From Tubiluchus corallicola (Eukaryota > Animalia > Priapulida), in contig JAQGDQ010000298.1 in the NCBI GenBank assembly GCA_030141605.1, forward strand, positions 62,001-126,000: a stretch of 64,000 nt of DNA, read 5' to 3'. Position 1 is the first letter of the stretch. Each line of letters opens with the position of its first letter. Positions 36,088-48,374 of the stretch are shown in pieces. A program made the position numbers and the translations under genes. The notes beneath the pieces are model-generated. The model made no database searches and was not told the DNA's origin. It saw only the letters and a list, made by a program, of their open reading frames with translations.

Positions 36088-39000
36088 GCGTAGTGAGGGA
36101 CAAGCCAAATGATAAACAACAACGAAATTGGCGGACAGACATCATCACTCCATCCTCTGGAACTAAAGCATCACCACCAGTGTCACTCTCTGCACATGCG
36201 CATTCACCACCAGCGGGTTGGAGGCCGGACATAATTATGCCTTCTGTAGTGGCGAGCGCATCGCCGCCTGTTGCTCCTGCTCACACTCAGTCATCACAAT
36301 CAAGTTGGAGAACAGATATAATAACACCTGCTGCTATGATGAAAGCATCAGCACCTATACCCCCTCCCCGTACGCAGTCGCAGCAAACTAATAGCGCTTT
36401 CAGTTTTGTTGGTGTCCCAACTGGTCATGCTGCTTATGCAGCACCTATTTCTGTTGCACCTCATTGCCCTCCAGCTCAGCCCATACTCCCATTCGGCAAT
36501 CGGCACAGTGATCCTAATCAGCAAAATTATTTTAGCCCTCCTTTGTCTTCAACATATCCTCAAGCTTTACCTTCTTGTCAGTCACATCAGCCCGTTCCTG
36601 ACCACCCGGTAACAACATCCGCTGGTTCACACCATCCGTTTGAGCAAAACGTCGCTAGCAATGTCCATCCCAGTTATCCAACCGATTGCGCTTCAAACAT
36701 ATCATTTGGCACGGCTGTCGGGCCTAGAGCCCCCTTTTCCATGCCGTCCTGTAGCCGTTACGATATGCAGCATGGATCTTCGTGTGCAAACTCGTGGCTT
36801 CCAAACTCAACCTACGGCAACTTAGGCTTGTCTGTGTCAAGAGGCGAGAGTTTTACCGAGCAGTTGTTATCGGAATCATGGCCGTGGCATGGCGTTGTTA
36901 TAGGTAGTTATGACACGCACCAGAAAGGGGATCAAAATAAGTTTCTTGTCGTTAGCAACAAAGTTTATCAAGATAAGGTTGATGACGACTATACAACCAC
37001 GTCAAGTCCGGATGTACAACGTACGAACTGTTCAAGCATGGCCTCCAGTGTCTGCAACGATGACAGTTTCATTCATGGTAATAATCGCATGCAGAATGTA
37101 TTACAAACTGGTGATCATACAGGCCCTACATCACTAGCGCCGCCTACAACTGGTTTTGTTAATAATTATATTCAACAGTCTTGGACACAAGCAAGTCCCA
37201 CAACCACGCAACCGGATGTTAGGCAAATGAGTGAGACTAATGAAGCATTGCCTGGACTTGCCGATTTACAATCTAATCCTAGACGCCGTACCTACTCAAA
37301 TGCAAATAAATTTGACGATAAAACCAAGGTGTTGCTGTGCAGTGCGTGTGGCATGATGTTCGATCGGCCAAGTCGCTTAAAGTCGCACTATCAAGCAGTT
37401 CACACTACCGCAAATTTGCATTCTTGCCCGCTGTGTGGCATCAAATTTAAATTGAGGAATCAGTTGAAAGCTCACGTTGCTTCGCACAGTGAAGATCGTA
37501 AGTTTAAGTGCGAGACGTGCGGTCTGGCTTTCAACTACAAGCATGTGCTTGAGAAACATCAGAGTAGTGTGCATTTACGACATAAGCCATTTAGTTGTTT
37601 AACATGTGGCATGGTTTTCGCGCGCGAGCATCATTTATCATCGCACATGAAAACTCATTCTAATTTGCGACCGTTTATATGTAGCATCTGTGGTAAAAAT
37701 TTTGCGCACAAAGGAAATCTAAAACTTCATCTCCGCATTCACGAAGAGGACAAGATAGGTTGTGATTCTTGCAAATTGCGCTTCCGTAATGCGGAGACGT
37801 TAGAACGGCACAAAAAGCGGATGCACTATGAGGGCCGCTTGAAGTGCGACGTGTGCAATAGGACGTTTTGTGATGATTTTACATTAAAAGAGCACAAGAG
37901 TACACACACAGGTGAAATACTTTACCATTGCATGTATTGTGATGCTGGTTTTCACTGGCGAAGCAGCTATAATGCCCACGTTAAGCGAATACATACTGGC
38001 TACCGACCTCACGGTTGTGCTCAGTGTGACATGTCGTTCATGAAACCCAGTCAGCTACGCGAGCATGTAAGAATCGTTCATGATGGTGATAATGAGCACG
38101 TCAAGTGCACAGAATGTGGAAAAGTTCTTAGCTCTGTCAATGCGTTGAACGAACATTTGAACTTGCACAAAGGCATCAAGCCACTCGAGTGCCCAAGCTG
38201 TGATAAGACGTTTCGTCACAAAAGCTCTCTGCTGTACCATGTTCGCTCGCATTCCGGGAAAAAGCCGTTCCGCTGTGATGAATGCAAGCTAACGTTCATG
38301 AGGCGCAGTAGACTTTCTCGGCACAAAAAAGAGAAGCACTCGGACGAGCGACCACATGAGTGTGTCAAGTGTGATAAAGCTTTTAAACGAGCGTATCTGC
38401 TACAGAAGCACATGCTTACACACGAAGATGACAGTGAACATCCAGATTTTACTGATGCGGATGTAAAACCGGTCAAGCGACGTGGTCGCCCCAATTCGAG
38501 AATGCACTTTTGCAAGGTTTGTGAGCGTCCGTTTAATCGAGTTGTGCAGTTGCAACGTCACGTGAAGACTCACAAGAGAAAGAAGCAGCGAGACAAGATC
38601 CCAGAGTATTGTTGTGAGATTTGCAAGCGGTCATTTCCCACGAACAGGTTACTGCAGAAACATGTGTTAGATCACAGCTTAGGAGACCCATTGACGACAC
38701 TGGACGATGGCAGCGACGACATGCACACCTGCTACATATGCAACAGAAAGTACAGAAGAAACAGCATACTGAGGTCTCACATACGCAGGGAACATTCCAA
38801 TTTCTCCGACTCGGACAAGGATTCGGCGTCTGAATTCAGCGAGGAATTGGGCGACGATTGCAGTGTTTCCAACGAACAGGACAATATGGATGCAGATTCT
38901 GACAAAGATGATGAGAGCAAACCTGATTTGAACAGCGATAAACCTCCGAGTTCAACGGAAGAGGATTGTAGCCACAAACCCGTGAAGTCAGCACCTGTGA

Positions 39001-39104
39001 ATACATTTAGTGACACTAATAGTGTTCAAGCGGAGGCAGATGTTAAACATGTTAATGAAAACTCTTTCACTATAAAAGACGAGTCTGAGATGCGGACAAC
39101 TTGA
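36088..39104 (+). CDS. Multi-C2H2 zinc-finger protein, exon B (~16 fingers, AT-hook, acidic tail)
   Basis: Acceptor tttttag|GC, phase 1, joins exon A in frame (total ~1534 aa); P/S/Q-rich linker, finger array, KRRGRP AT-hook. Confidence 0.92.
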
Positions 39105-39518
39105 TGAAAGACAATGCAACACTGAAATTAGAAGGCGGTTTTTCATATGTTATGTAATTAGCTTTGTCTGCAATACATAGATATTATATTGTTGCAAGAT
39201 TAATGTAGTAACATAGTAATTATAATTATAGTTATTTACAATTTATTTTAATTATCTGTACAGCAGAAATGTTAATTTGTAGTTTTTGTATAGCATTTTA
39301 TCTTATTTATTATGTTAACAAAATTTTTATTTGCAAGTGAAGGAGAGCTCTTGTTCTATTTGTTTTGTTTTCAGTTTCTACAACTTTTTCTAGAATATTC
39401 CATTGTTTTATAATGCTCTGTTTGGTATTTTTCAAATTTATTATGTAAAAACACCTTAGTCACTAGTCTGTAATCTAGTAACATACATTTGCAACAGTAC
39501 TTGTTATTTGGTGACTAT

Positions 39519-40001
39519 CAGTGGTAGTGTATAGGTACTGTGAAACTGCAGCACCCATAATATTCAATAGAAAGTCTTTTTTCTTTAGTTTTACGAAACC
39601 AGAGCACATGACGGTAGCGCTGTTTGCTTCACGACCCAGCACAGTGGCGTGTTTCGCTGTGGTGCGTATGCGGCCATGTGCATATGTCTGAGATAGCATG
39701 CTGTATGTTCCACTGCTAGCATGTGCTGCTAGGTAGAGAAAGTACTGTCGCTCACACAGTTTGTTGTCAGTTGTCATGCGCTTAAAAACTGTGTACCGGT
39801 ATATTCTTGAACTGCGAAAATTTAGGCTATTCGTAAGAAAAAAATTTTTGGTTTGGTATCTTATCAAGTTCATGTATAAAATTTCGTATGTTCGTTTGTT
39901 TAAAATCACATATGTTTGTCTCGTTTTACACAGTATTAAAATAGTGGCTAAAAATTTTCTGAATCAGCGCCCCCACTAATTTTAATTACGAACCGTCACT
40001 C
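39519..40001. mobile_element. hAT-type MITE, family A copy 2
   Basis: CAGTGGTAG ... AACCGTCACTC; 8-bp TSD GTGACTAT/GTGTCTAT; shares AGGTAGAGAAAGTACTGTCGCTCACACAGTTTGTTGTCAGTTGTCA with copy 1. Confidence 0.78.
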
Positions 40002-41166
40002 GTGTCTATTGTATCAACTGTGCAGTATTTAACATACAGGGGTTTTACACTGTTGTTGGTGGTGTATATATAGCACCGTGTTATAATCTAATATATATAG
40101 CATTAGTATCCCTTACCAGAATAGCTCCTGTGTTGATATATCCTTATGGTTTGTATGTATAAGAGGTGCAGATATATTTGTACGTGAATTTTTCGATTTC
40201 AGATGTGTGAGAAATTTATGGCGTTTTTTATTGCTGTGGTTTTTCCATCACTGTGTGTATAACTACATACTCGTCTGTACACGTTTTTGCCTACAGTTTA
40301 CGAAAACAGCTATGATTTTCAATACAGCATGTTTAAAAAGCGTGGGCACTTTCGCATCGAGAAATTTTCTTTCTTCACTATTTTTTAAAACAATATTGCC
40401 TCTGTTTTTTCCGCGCACTGGTTTTTTCAGAAAATTGTCAGTATTTTTTCAAACATCCCAAGCAATTCAAGATTAAGATGTTGTTGGTTTGTTATATGGT
40501 GGATCACTTAGCTATTTATTTGAGAATTGGTGTCTGCCACATGCATATTGTGTGGATTCCTTTCTTGTAAATGAAATTTTCCAGAATTTTTATGAAACTT
40601 TGTCATAGAATAGATGCGGTATGTAAATATTTGGTTACCCGCTTGTTTAAACTATATTTATCAAAATTAATGTGCAATGTTGGCAATACCGTTGCTTAGT
40701 ACTTCCTATCTTAAATGTAAATTGTTTATAAATGTGTTGCTAGACAAAAAAATTTAATATTAATTATTGTAGAGTTTAATTTATCGTATATTTGTATTAA
40801 ATCATCGTATTAGATCATGATTTGGTTGCATTTATGGTATAAATAGATAAATGTATGAAATTGTTGTTGCAAGTATGTAGTATCAGTGTCTATAAAGATT
40901 AGGTGTAAAATTTGAATGTGACAAGGTACTGTGTTAAGATATACATAATGTTAGTAATGTTATCCTTTTATTGAAATCATTGTATGAACTATTACAGAGA
41001 ATGTTGTTTTCAGTGTAAGAAGTATTCAAATGTTGCTTATAGGTGGTATGCTATTACCGTATATGCTTTCCCAGTGATTGTTTGTATAATAAAAGTGGTA
41101 ACCATACATAGTTTTTGTAGTATTGTATATGTATATCAGCCCAAACATTTTTCAGCATTATGTATA

Positions 41167-41649
41167 CCGTATTTTCCCATGTATAAGAGACCCTTGTGTA
41201 TAAGAGACCCCTTCAATTTTTAGGCAAAAATTCTGGAAAAAAGTTTTTTGGTAATGAATAACTTTATTCATCATAGAAATCATTAAATTCCTCATCACTC
41301 TCATCAAAAATATCAACTGGAGTCAGACCTTCAGCAATTCCAGCCAGTTCATCATCAGAGGAGTCACTCTGCTCAAAAATGGCATTGTCCTCTTTTGACA
41401 TTTAAAAAAATAATAACTTACCCGGTACATTAATTTTATCATTAGAATTTAGCCATGGAGAAGATTTATTGAAAGGAAACTATAATTATTCGAAATAAAA
41501 CAGTTGTAGAGCACTTATTTCTTTAAAATCATTAGTGTCACAATTTATGCATCTTATTGAAAAGACTTACTCCCATGTATAAGAGACCCCCTATTTTTAA
41601 GGTGAAAATTCTGAGCAAAAAAGGGTCTCTTATACACGGGAAAATACGG
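41167..41649. mobile_element. Tc1/mariner-pogo MITE
   Basis: TA|CCGTATTTTCCCATGTATAAGAGACCC ... GGGTCTCTTATACACGGGAAAATACGG|TA; internal copies of TGTATAAGAGACCC. Confidence 0.9.
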
Positions 41650-42269
41650 TAATTAAATGAATGTCAACGAACGGTCAAGTTTAACGCAAAAAGAAGTTTT
41701 CTTTAAAATAAGATTATATACGATTTTCCTTGCGTTCGCTAGCGCTAGATGTTGCTATCATCGACGCGTACAGCGAGGGCGCAACTAGAACGTTCTAGAG
41801 GGGCGCAATTATTGCATGGGCCTGCCACTCTTATTGGTTATCTACTCTACTGAAAAGGACCGCCCATACAGCTTACTATAGCTCGCCGCTGTTGGGAACT
41901 TTTAGATAAGCTTTGCGCTAATGTCGAATAGATTTTTTTTTACCTTGATAATATAAATTAATTTTTAAGGATCACACTATAAACGTTATTTTTTAAAGAA
42001 AAAGGGGACACCTCCAAGGTTGTTAAGTTCATTAGGTCCGCGAAAAATCTCAGAAAGTTCAGCAGTAAAAGGGTAAGTTAAAAGGGCCTTTGTAATTAGC
42101 AAACTAGTCACGATCTTTTTCAAGGTCATTTCACGATCATTTTGAACTCTCTTTCTTAGCCTTTATTCAAATGAAAAAGAGATGCAGCGCGATGTCATGG
42201 GAATTCCATTTGGTACACTGCAAGGAAAATTCTTGCATAATTTTTACGGTCTTTCTAAATTTTCTTCAA

Positions 42270-42500
42270 TTTCTAAACAAGCACTTTAAAGAAAGTAAAC
42301 AATTAACAATTGATGATCTTGTTGTGTACAATATTGCGGTATTTATGCACAAAACCCACTTTAATTTGTTTGTGCAATTTTTCATAAATCCTGTAAATAA
42401 AAATATCAAACATCGGAACACTAGGTATAATGAATATTATGTCAGGTATTGCAGAACCATAGACATATAGACATAGAACATTTATTTTCTCCAATTTGTT
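42270..42500 (+). mobile_element. Short CR1/L2-like ORF2 C-terminal fragment
   Basis: LTIDDL..YNIAVFMHK...HRNTR pattern; opposite orientation to the adjacent LINE. Confidence 0.45.
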
Positions 42501-42529
42501 TGACATGACAAGTTTTTTAAATATTACTT

Positions 42530-45500
42530 AATTATAGTAGTGGAGCAGGGCAGGGAAGGACCATAGGGTCATCTAGTCTCCTGCCCTGTCTTATAATTAA
42601 ATTAGTATATTAAAAATAAATGGCGAGGCTGCGGATAACAAAAACAAATAAGAAAAAAAAATAATAAAAAACAGTATAAATGAAAACAAAGTATAAATGA
42701 AATCAGTATAAGTGAAAACAAAAAATAATAAAGTTAGATGATACCTAAATCTAAACAAAACAATACAATTAATCAGTAATTATGATTATTATATATATTT
42801 TCAAATAAGGGCCTTATTGACAGGGGAATTTGACCAAGGTTAGTGAGTAAAGTTAAAAAACTGAGAGTATGGAGAGATAAAATAAGTATCAAAAAAAGTG
42901 TAATATAGAAAATTTAAGAGAAAAAGTAAGTATAAGAAAGAGCAACAATTACTTAGGAGATGAGAAGAAAAAAAACTTGCTAGCTTGCTTATTAGTCTTA
43001 GAAGTTATGTATTACAGGTATATTCATTTAGTAAGAATTTTGTGTATTTTTTGGAAGCAGAAAATAAGCTACCTTCAAAGGTATCTTTTGGCAACGAGTT
43101 CCATAATTTAACTCCTCGTGATTTTAAGCTATTGAAACCATGTCGGGTAAAAAATCTCTCCACAAAATACTGTTCATTAGAAGCAGCTCTTGTGGAGTAG
43201 GAATGTATATCAGAAACATTAGTGAAATATTCACTAAAAAGTTCGGGTAATAAACCAGCATTGAATTTATACATAAATTTGAACAACTCAAGATTGTAAA
43301 TATCTCTTACTTTTAAAATTTGTAATTTTACGAACGATGGTGTAGCATGATCATTGTTGGGAGCCGTTTGGACCACTGCGCCAAGTAGACCACTTGATGC
43401 GCTAAAAGTAGTGTCCTACATGGGCAGCCCAAGTAGGACACTAGCGATTTTTGTCGAGAAACTTGCTCTGGCAAAACTTGTTTCCAGTTTATATTACCAT
43501 TGTTTATAAGTATTGTTATGACATAATAAAGCATAAAACAAAATTTCTTTTAGAAATGGATATTCCTTGGCAATTTACAAATGCATTTCTTACAATAATT
43601 TCATCATTATGATTAACTCCATTAATATATCATAACATTAAAACTAGTATCTAATGCTTTAAAGAGAGAAATTCTGCACACAGTTATTACAGAAATAATT
43701 GCAAATTTAAAAATGAGACAGATGCTGCTAAGCCTTCACAACACCAAAAAGTAATTTTTAACATTTAAGAAAAGCAAGGATAATTAGTTTTAATATCAGT
43801 AGTATTGTAACATGTAGGGCACTGTCCTACATGGCTCGCTAGCCCATGTAGGACACATAGATCGCTAGAACGTTTACTTATAAGAAAACAATTATTTGCC
43901 CAAGAGGTAGTGAAACGGATCACCTGTTTGTGAAGTGAGACAAAATCAAAAATGATATACCTTAAACAAATGTTGAATTCACAAAAAAGTGGGGTTTTTT
44001 CACTTCAACAACATTAATATCGAAACCAAATTTAATATTGTCCCTTCTACCAGCTCAGAATAAAATTCTTTTATTTTATTAGATGTATAATAAATTATTC
44101 AACGTGTATTAACGTTTTTAATTATTATTATTACATAAACAAGCACAACGGACGGTGTCAGTACACTTAACGACTGAATTCACGACCTGTCTCTAGTGTC
44201 CTACTTGGGCTAGCCCCCAACAATCATATTTGCGAGCAAAAGTTATTAATTTTACTATCTTGTTTTGTTGTGTCTGTATTAATTTTTGAATGGATGCAAA
44301 AGCCGTCCCCATGTTAAGATGGAATATTGTAAATAAGGGAAAACTAACGAATTATATAGAAGTCTCAGAATATATTGGTCAACGTGGTGCCTTACTTTTA
44401 AAATTATTCCGGTAATTCGACTTAATTTGTATGTTATGTGTTTTATATGTGGTGCCCATGTTAATTTATTATCAATGAGTAGGCCCAAGTATTTGATGTT
44501 GTCTGTTTCTTCAATTTTGTGTTTGTTTATTATTGTTAATATGAAATTTTGGATTATTAGCATTGTTAATTTGCTTATTGTTGATTATCATAAATTTGGT
44601 TTTTTTGTAGTTAATTGATAGCTGGTTTGCCCTCATCCACAGGTCTATTTTTTTCATTTCGTCATTAACAGATTTTTGCAGATTATTTATATTGGAGTCA
44701 GACATGAACAAATTAGTGTCATCGGCAAATATTCGGGTTCGAAAGTTGCTGCATGTGGGAAGATCGTTAATATAAATTAAGAATAGAAGAGGTCCTAAAT
44801 TAGAGCCTTGTGGCACTCCACACGATATGTGTTTATAGTCTGATGATACATTGTTAATAGATATGAATTGTTTTCTGTTAGTTAGATATGATTGAATTAG
44901 TTGCAAAGGTAGACCTCTGATGCCATAATGGTTTAATTTGGCTATTAGTATACTATGCTGTACGGTATCAAAAGCTTTTGATAAGTCTAAAAATATTCCG
45001 CAATTCAGTAATTTTTTGTCAGTGTCTAGAGAGATCATGTCTATTAATTCGGATACAGCAAGGGCAGTTGAATAATTTTTTCTGAAACCAAATTGGTATT
45101 TACTTAGGATATTACTTTTCACAACAAACTGGTATAATCTCTTGTAAATTAGCCTCTCAAAAACTTTTGATACTGGTGATAAGAGAGATATTGGTCTGTA
45201 ATTGCCAGGTTCATGTGGAGAGCCAGTTTTATATAAAGGAATAACTTTTGCTATTTTTAATATATTTGGAAAAGTTCCAGCATTAACCGATTTATTAAAC
45301 AGTAATGTGAGTATTGGTGAAATAATTTGACTTGCAGATTTAAAAAAAGATATTGGTATATTTTGTGGTCCTGGTGATTTGTTTGAATTAAGTGTGTTTA
45401 AAAGTGTGCATGTTTCATTTTCAGTAATAGGATTAATGAAAAAAGAATTTGGGTTAGGGTTTTTTAAAAAGTCAGTAAAATTAATGTTAGGTTTAAGTAT

Positions 45501-46060
45501 TTTGGCAGCCATGTCAGGGCCTATATTTACAAAAAACTCATTTAGTTTACTGGCAATATCATATGTATCTGTATAGTCCACATTATTTATTGTTAACTTA
45601 CTTGGTGTTTGTCATGTTTTTGGATCAGTTTTTATAATACTGTTTATTGTTTCCCAAGTTTTTTTCATGTTATTCTTACATTTTTGCAATGTTTCAGTGT
45701 AATATTGTTTCTTTGACATGATTTAATTTATTAGAGTAGGATTTGTTTGTATAAATTATTTGAGAGTTTGTGTGATTTGTAAAGACGTGATCTGATTTTA
45801 ATACTATTTAAAATTTCTTTAGTGATCCATGGTTTTTGAAATGTAATAGTGTCTTTCCTAGACAGAGTTTGCAAAGGAAAATGATTATTAAACACATTGA
45901 AGAGAATTTCATTAAATTTGCTAAATCCCCCATTAGTTTCCAAATCATCAAAATTTATTTTGGCTAATTCTAGCTGCAGGTTATTTAAAAAATTTTGTTC
46001 AGTTGAATTTTTAAAATTTCTTGTGGTTGCTAAACATTTTATTTCTTTTATAGGTCATAA
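42530..46060 (-). mobile_element. CR1/L2-group LINE, 5'-truncated, frameshifted, interrupted
   Basis: KPWITK, YRPISLL, QFGFR, FLDLSKAFDTV, GVPQGSNLGPLLFLIYINDL, FADDT, KYLGLLID, KLWNSLP; 3' stem-loop near 42545-42590. Confidence 0.93.
43355..44222. mobile_element. 868-bp TG..CA insertion with 5-bp TSD nested in the LINE
   Basis: ATCAT|TGTTGGGAG ... CCCCCAACA|ATCAT; removing it restores the LINE peptide ARKYDHATPSF. Confidence 0.85.
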
Positions 46061-48099
46061 TGTTTGTAATTCTATTTCTTGTAATATCATAACGGTATCA
46101 TGTCAACCTAAATTTAAGAAGGAGATGAAAATGTATCTTTTAGATACGTATTACATGGATTTGGTGTTCAACTTTTGTTACCATATTGTGTTCACCGCGT
46201 TGGTTGCCACTCACAGTCCATCCCTGTATACATAAATGACTTATCAAGCCATTTCATTGCATTTTCATCAATATCATCTCATCGTCTTTTTTAAATTTTT
46301 AGCTTTATTTCTTCTCTTCTACTTACATTACTTACTTACACACTTATTTTACCATCATGTCTTCCTTTTCATTGCGCATTTCTTGTATCCTATTTCTGTA
46401 ATAAAAGTGTGCAATTAGTTTACAATAAAAGGTCTGAAGCTTATGCTATTCTACAGCCTACTTTGGGGCAGGATTTCAAAACGAAAAAGTTTGTGCTTTT
46501 CCTTTAACAGCTTTATTAAGATCTCGTCACATTTAACAAACTCGTACAGCATTCTCAACTTCTCCCAAATGAAACAAGTTCAAAGAAGAATCAATAAAAC
46601 AAAGGAAAACAAATGTCTTAAATTTTCGAGTAACTACCACTACTAACTGTACCACTTCAACTTATCCAAATATATAACTAACGTAAGAAAAATCAAGAGT
46701 TTGCCCCACCATATTCGAAGATAACGCAACCCACCGACTAGCTGCCTAACTGCTGTAACAAACTTGAAACTAATATTTGTAACAAGCAACACGTAATAAC
46801 TTAGGTTATAAATAACAACTATCACTATTTGCACTAATGTCGAAACACAAGTTTGAAAATCCAGAAAATAAAATGATAAACATATTAGGCTATTATATGG
46901 GTTATGTATTACTGTAGAGGATAAACATTCCAACAATACATTTGCTCTCAAGCTACAAACCATAATCACGTACACATATATATAAAACAATAATTTCTAA
47001 CTACGTGCAATTATATTATTTATTTTCACAATATTATAGTAACTGAGTATTTTTGTCACTTATCTCAAAGTTGTAATTTTTTGCTATTTCGAAATATCAA
47101 AATAAGACGTTATAAATACATAACACTCTATACTTATACAATAAAAATTCTGTATATATTTAAGGCGTACTACAGGGAGTGATCTTGGGGCCAATTATAT
47201 TTCCATTGAAAACATTTACAAAAATAATGACTGCTGTATTAATCCGTATAATCTTATCAAGCAAAATTGTTGAAATGAAGCAGCTCAATTTTACTCACAC
47301 TAACAGTAAATACGTAGCGGTAACACTGGTAACTCTATACAATAACTTAGCATTCACATTAATATTATAAATATATCTACCTTTCACTGCAATTCACGAG
47401 CATAAATTTACAGACATGTTATCAACAAAAAAATAAGATTTAACTAAATCAAACGTGGCAAAATGCTACCTGGCTCAACCAAGAGAAAAGTATGGATGGG
47501 AACCAGACACAAGTTTGCCCAATAATTGATAAGTACATGATTTCTGCAAGTATTACCATTGATACAATGTTAATGTATTTCTGCTTGTATAGGTACAAGC
47601 ATACTTTTGACTAGCTTATTTAGCATCTAAGAAGTATGTAAGCATTCTCATAGATAACAAAAATTCCTTATGACTAGAGCATATTCGTCCAAAACATAAC
47701 TAACAGTGTTTACGGCTAAACATCTCGAATAACACAAACAATGACTAGTTATTACTGAGTGTGACGTAACAACTTAAAATAATTTTTATCCTATCAAAAA
47801 GTAACACTTCGTATATTATTATAATATAAAATATTATTCCCTAGACAACTGAGATACTCGATAGAGATATGTGTGTTACATTTGCAGCTATATTAATGAA
47901 TATTTTAGTTAGTTACCACCAGATGTCACTCTAATTGTGTTTCCAAACTTCTTGATTGAAATTCTAATAGACCCAGATATTCAAATACAATCATACATTA
48001 CATCTTGACATTACTATAACATTTTTTTCGCTTAAGCTCAACCAATCGCATGCTTTCTATATAAAAAAAACAAAAAACGAAATAATAGGATTTAACTTC

Positions 48100-48273
48100 T
48101 TAGAAATCTGTGACACCATGCGATGCGTTTGTCCACTGTGGGGCACCGCCGACAGGTTGTGCCGGGCCCGTTCGTGGCGGCCATGTTGCCTGCCTGCCGG
48201 GTGACACCTGAGTGTGAATAACAGTGCCTTGTTGCTGATGCTGCTGCTGCTGTCTCCATGGTGCTCCTCCTCC
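48100..48273 (-). CDS. Calsarcin/synaptopodin-like gene, terminal exon
   Basis: Acceptor ttttaatag|; GGGAPWRQQQQHQQQG...PQWTNASHGVTDF*; this frame is not in the ORF track. Confidence 0.8.
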   Translation of the reverse strand, partial: GGGAPWRQQQQHQQQGTVIHTQVSPGRQATWPPRTGPAQPVGGAPQWTNASHGVTDF

Positions 48274-48374
48274 CTATTAAAATAATAAAAACAAACCTTA
48301 AGCAATAAGTCATAACTACTTATGAAATAAGTTAAAAGAAAAACAAAAAAAAACAGAAAAATTTTATTTCACTA

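Noticed and set aside
33974-39016. Antisense and alternative-frame ORFs over the zinc-finger exons (similar ones overlap 14685-16470)
   Set aside because: Shadow ORFs of long coding exons with no recognisable motifs
48057-48313. Two ORF-track peptides over the terminal exon
   Set aside because: Wrong frames; the splice-compatible third frame gives GGGAPWRQ...VTDF, consistent with upstream exons
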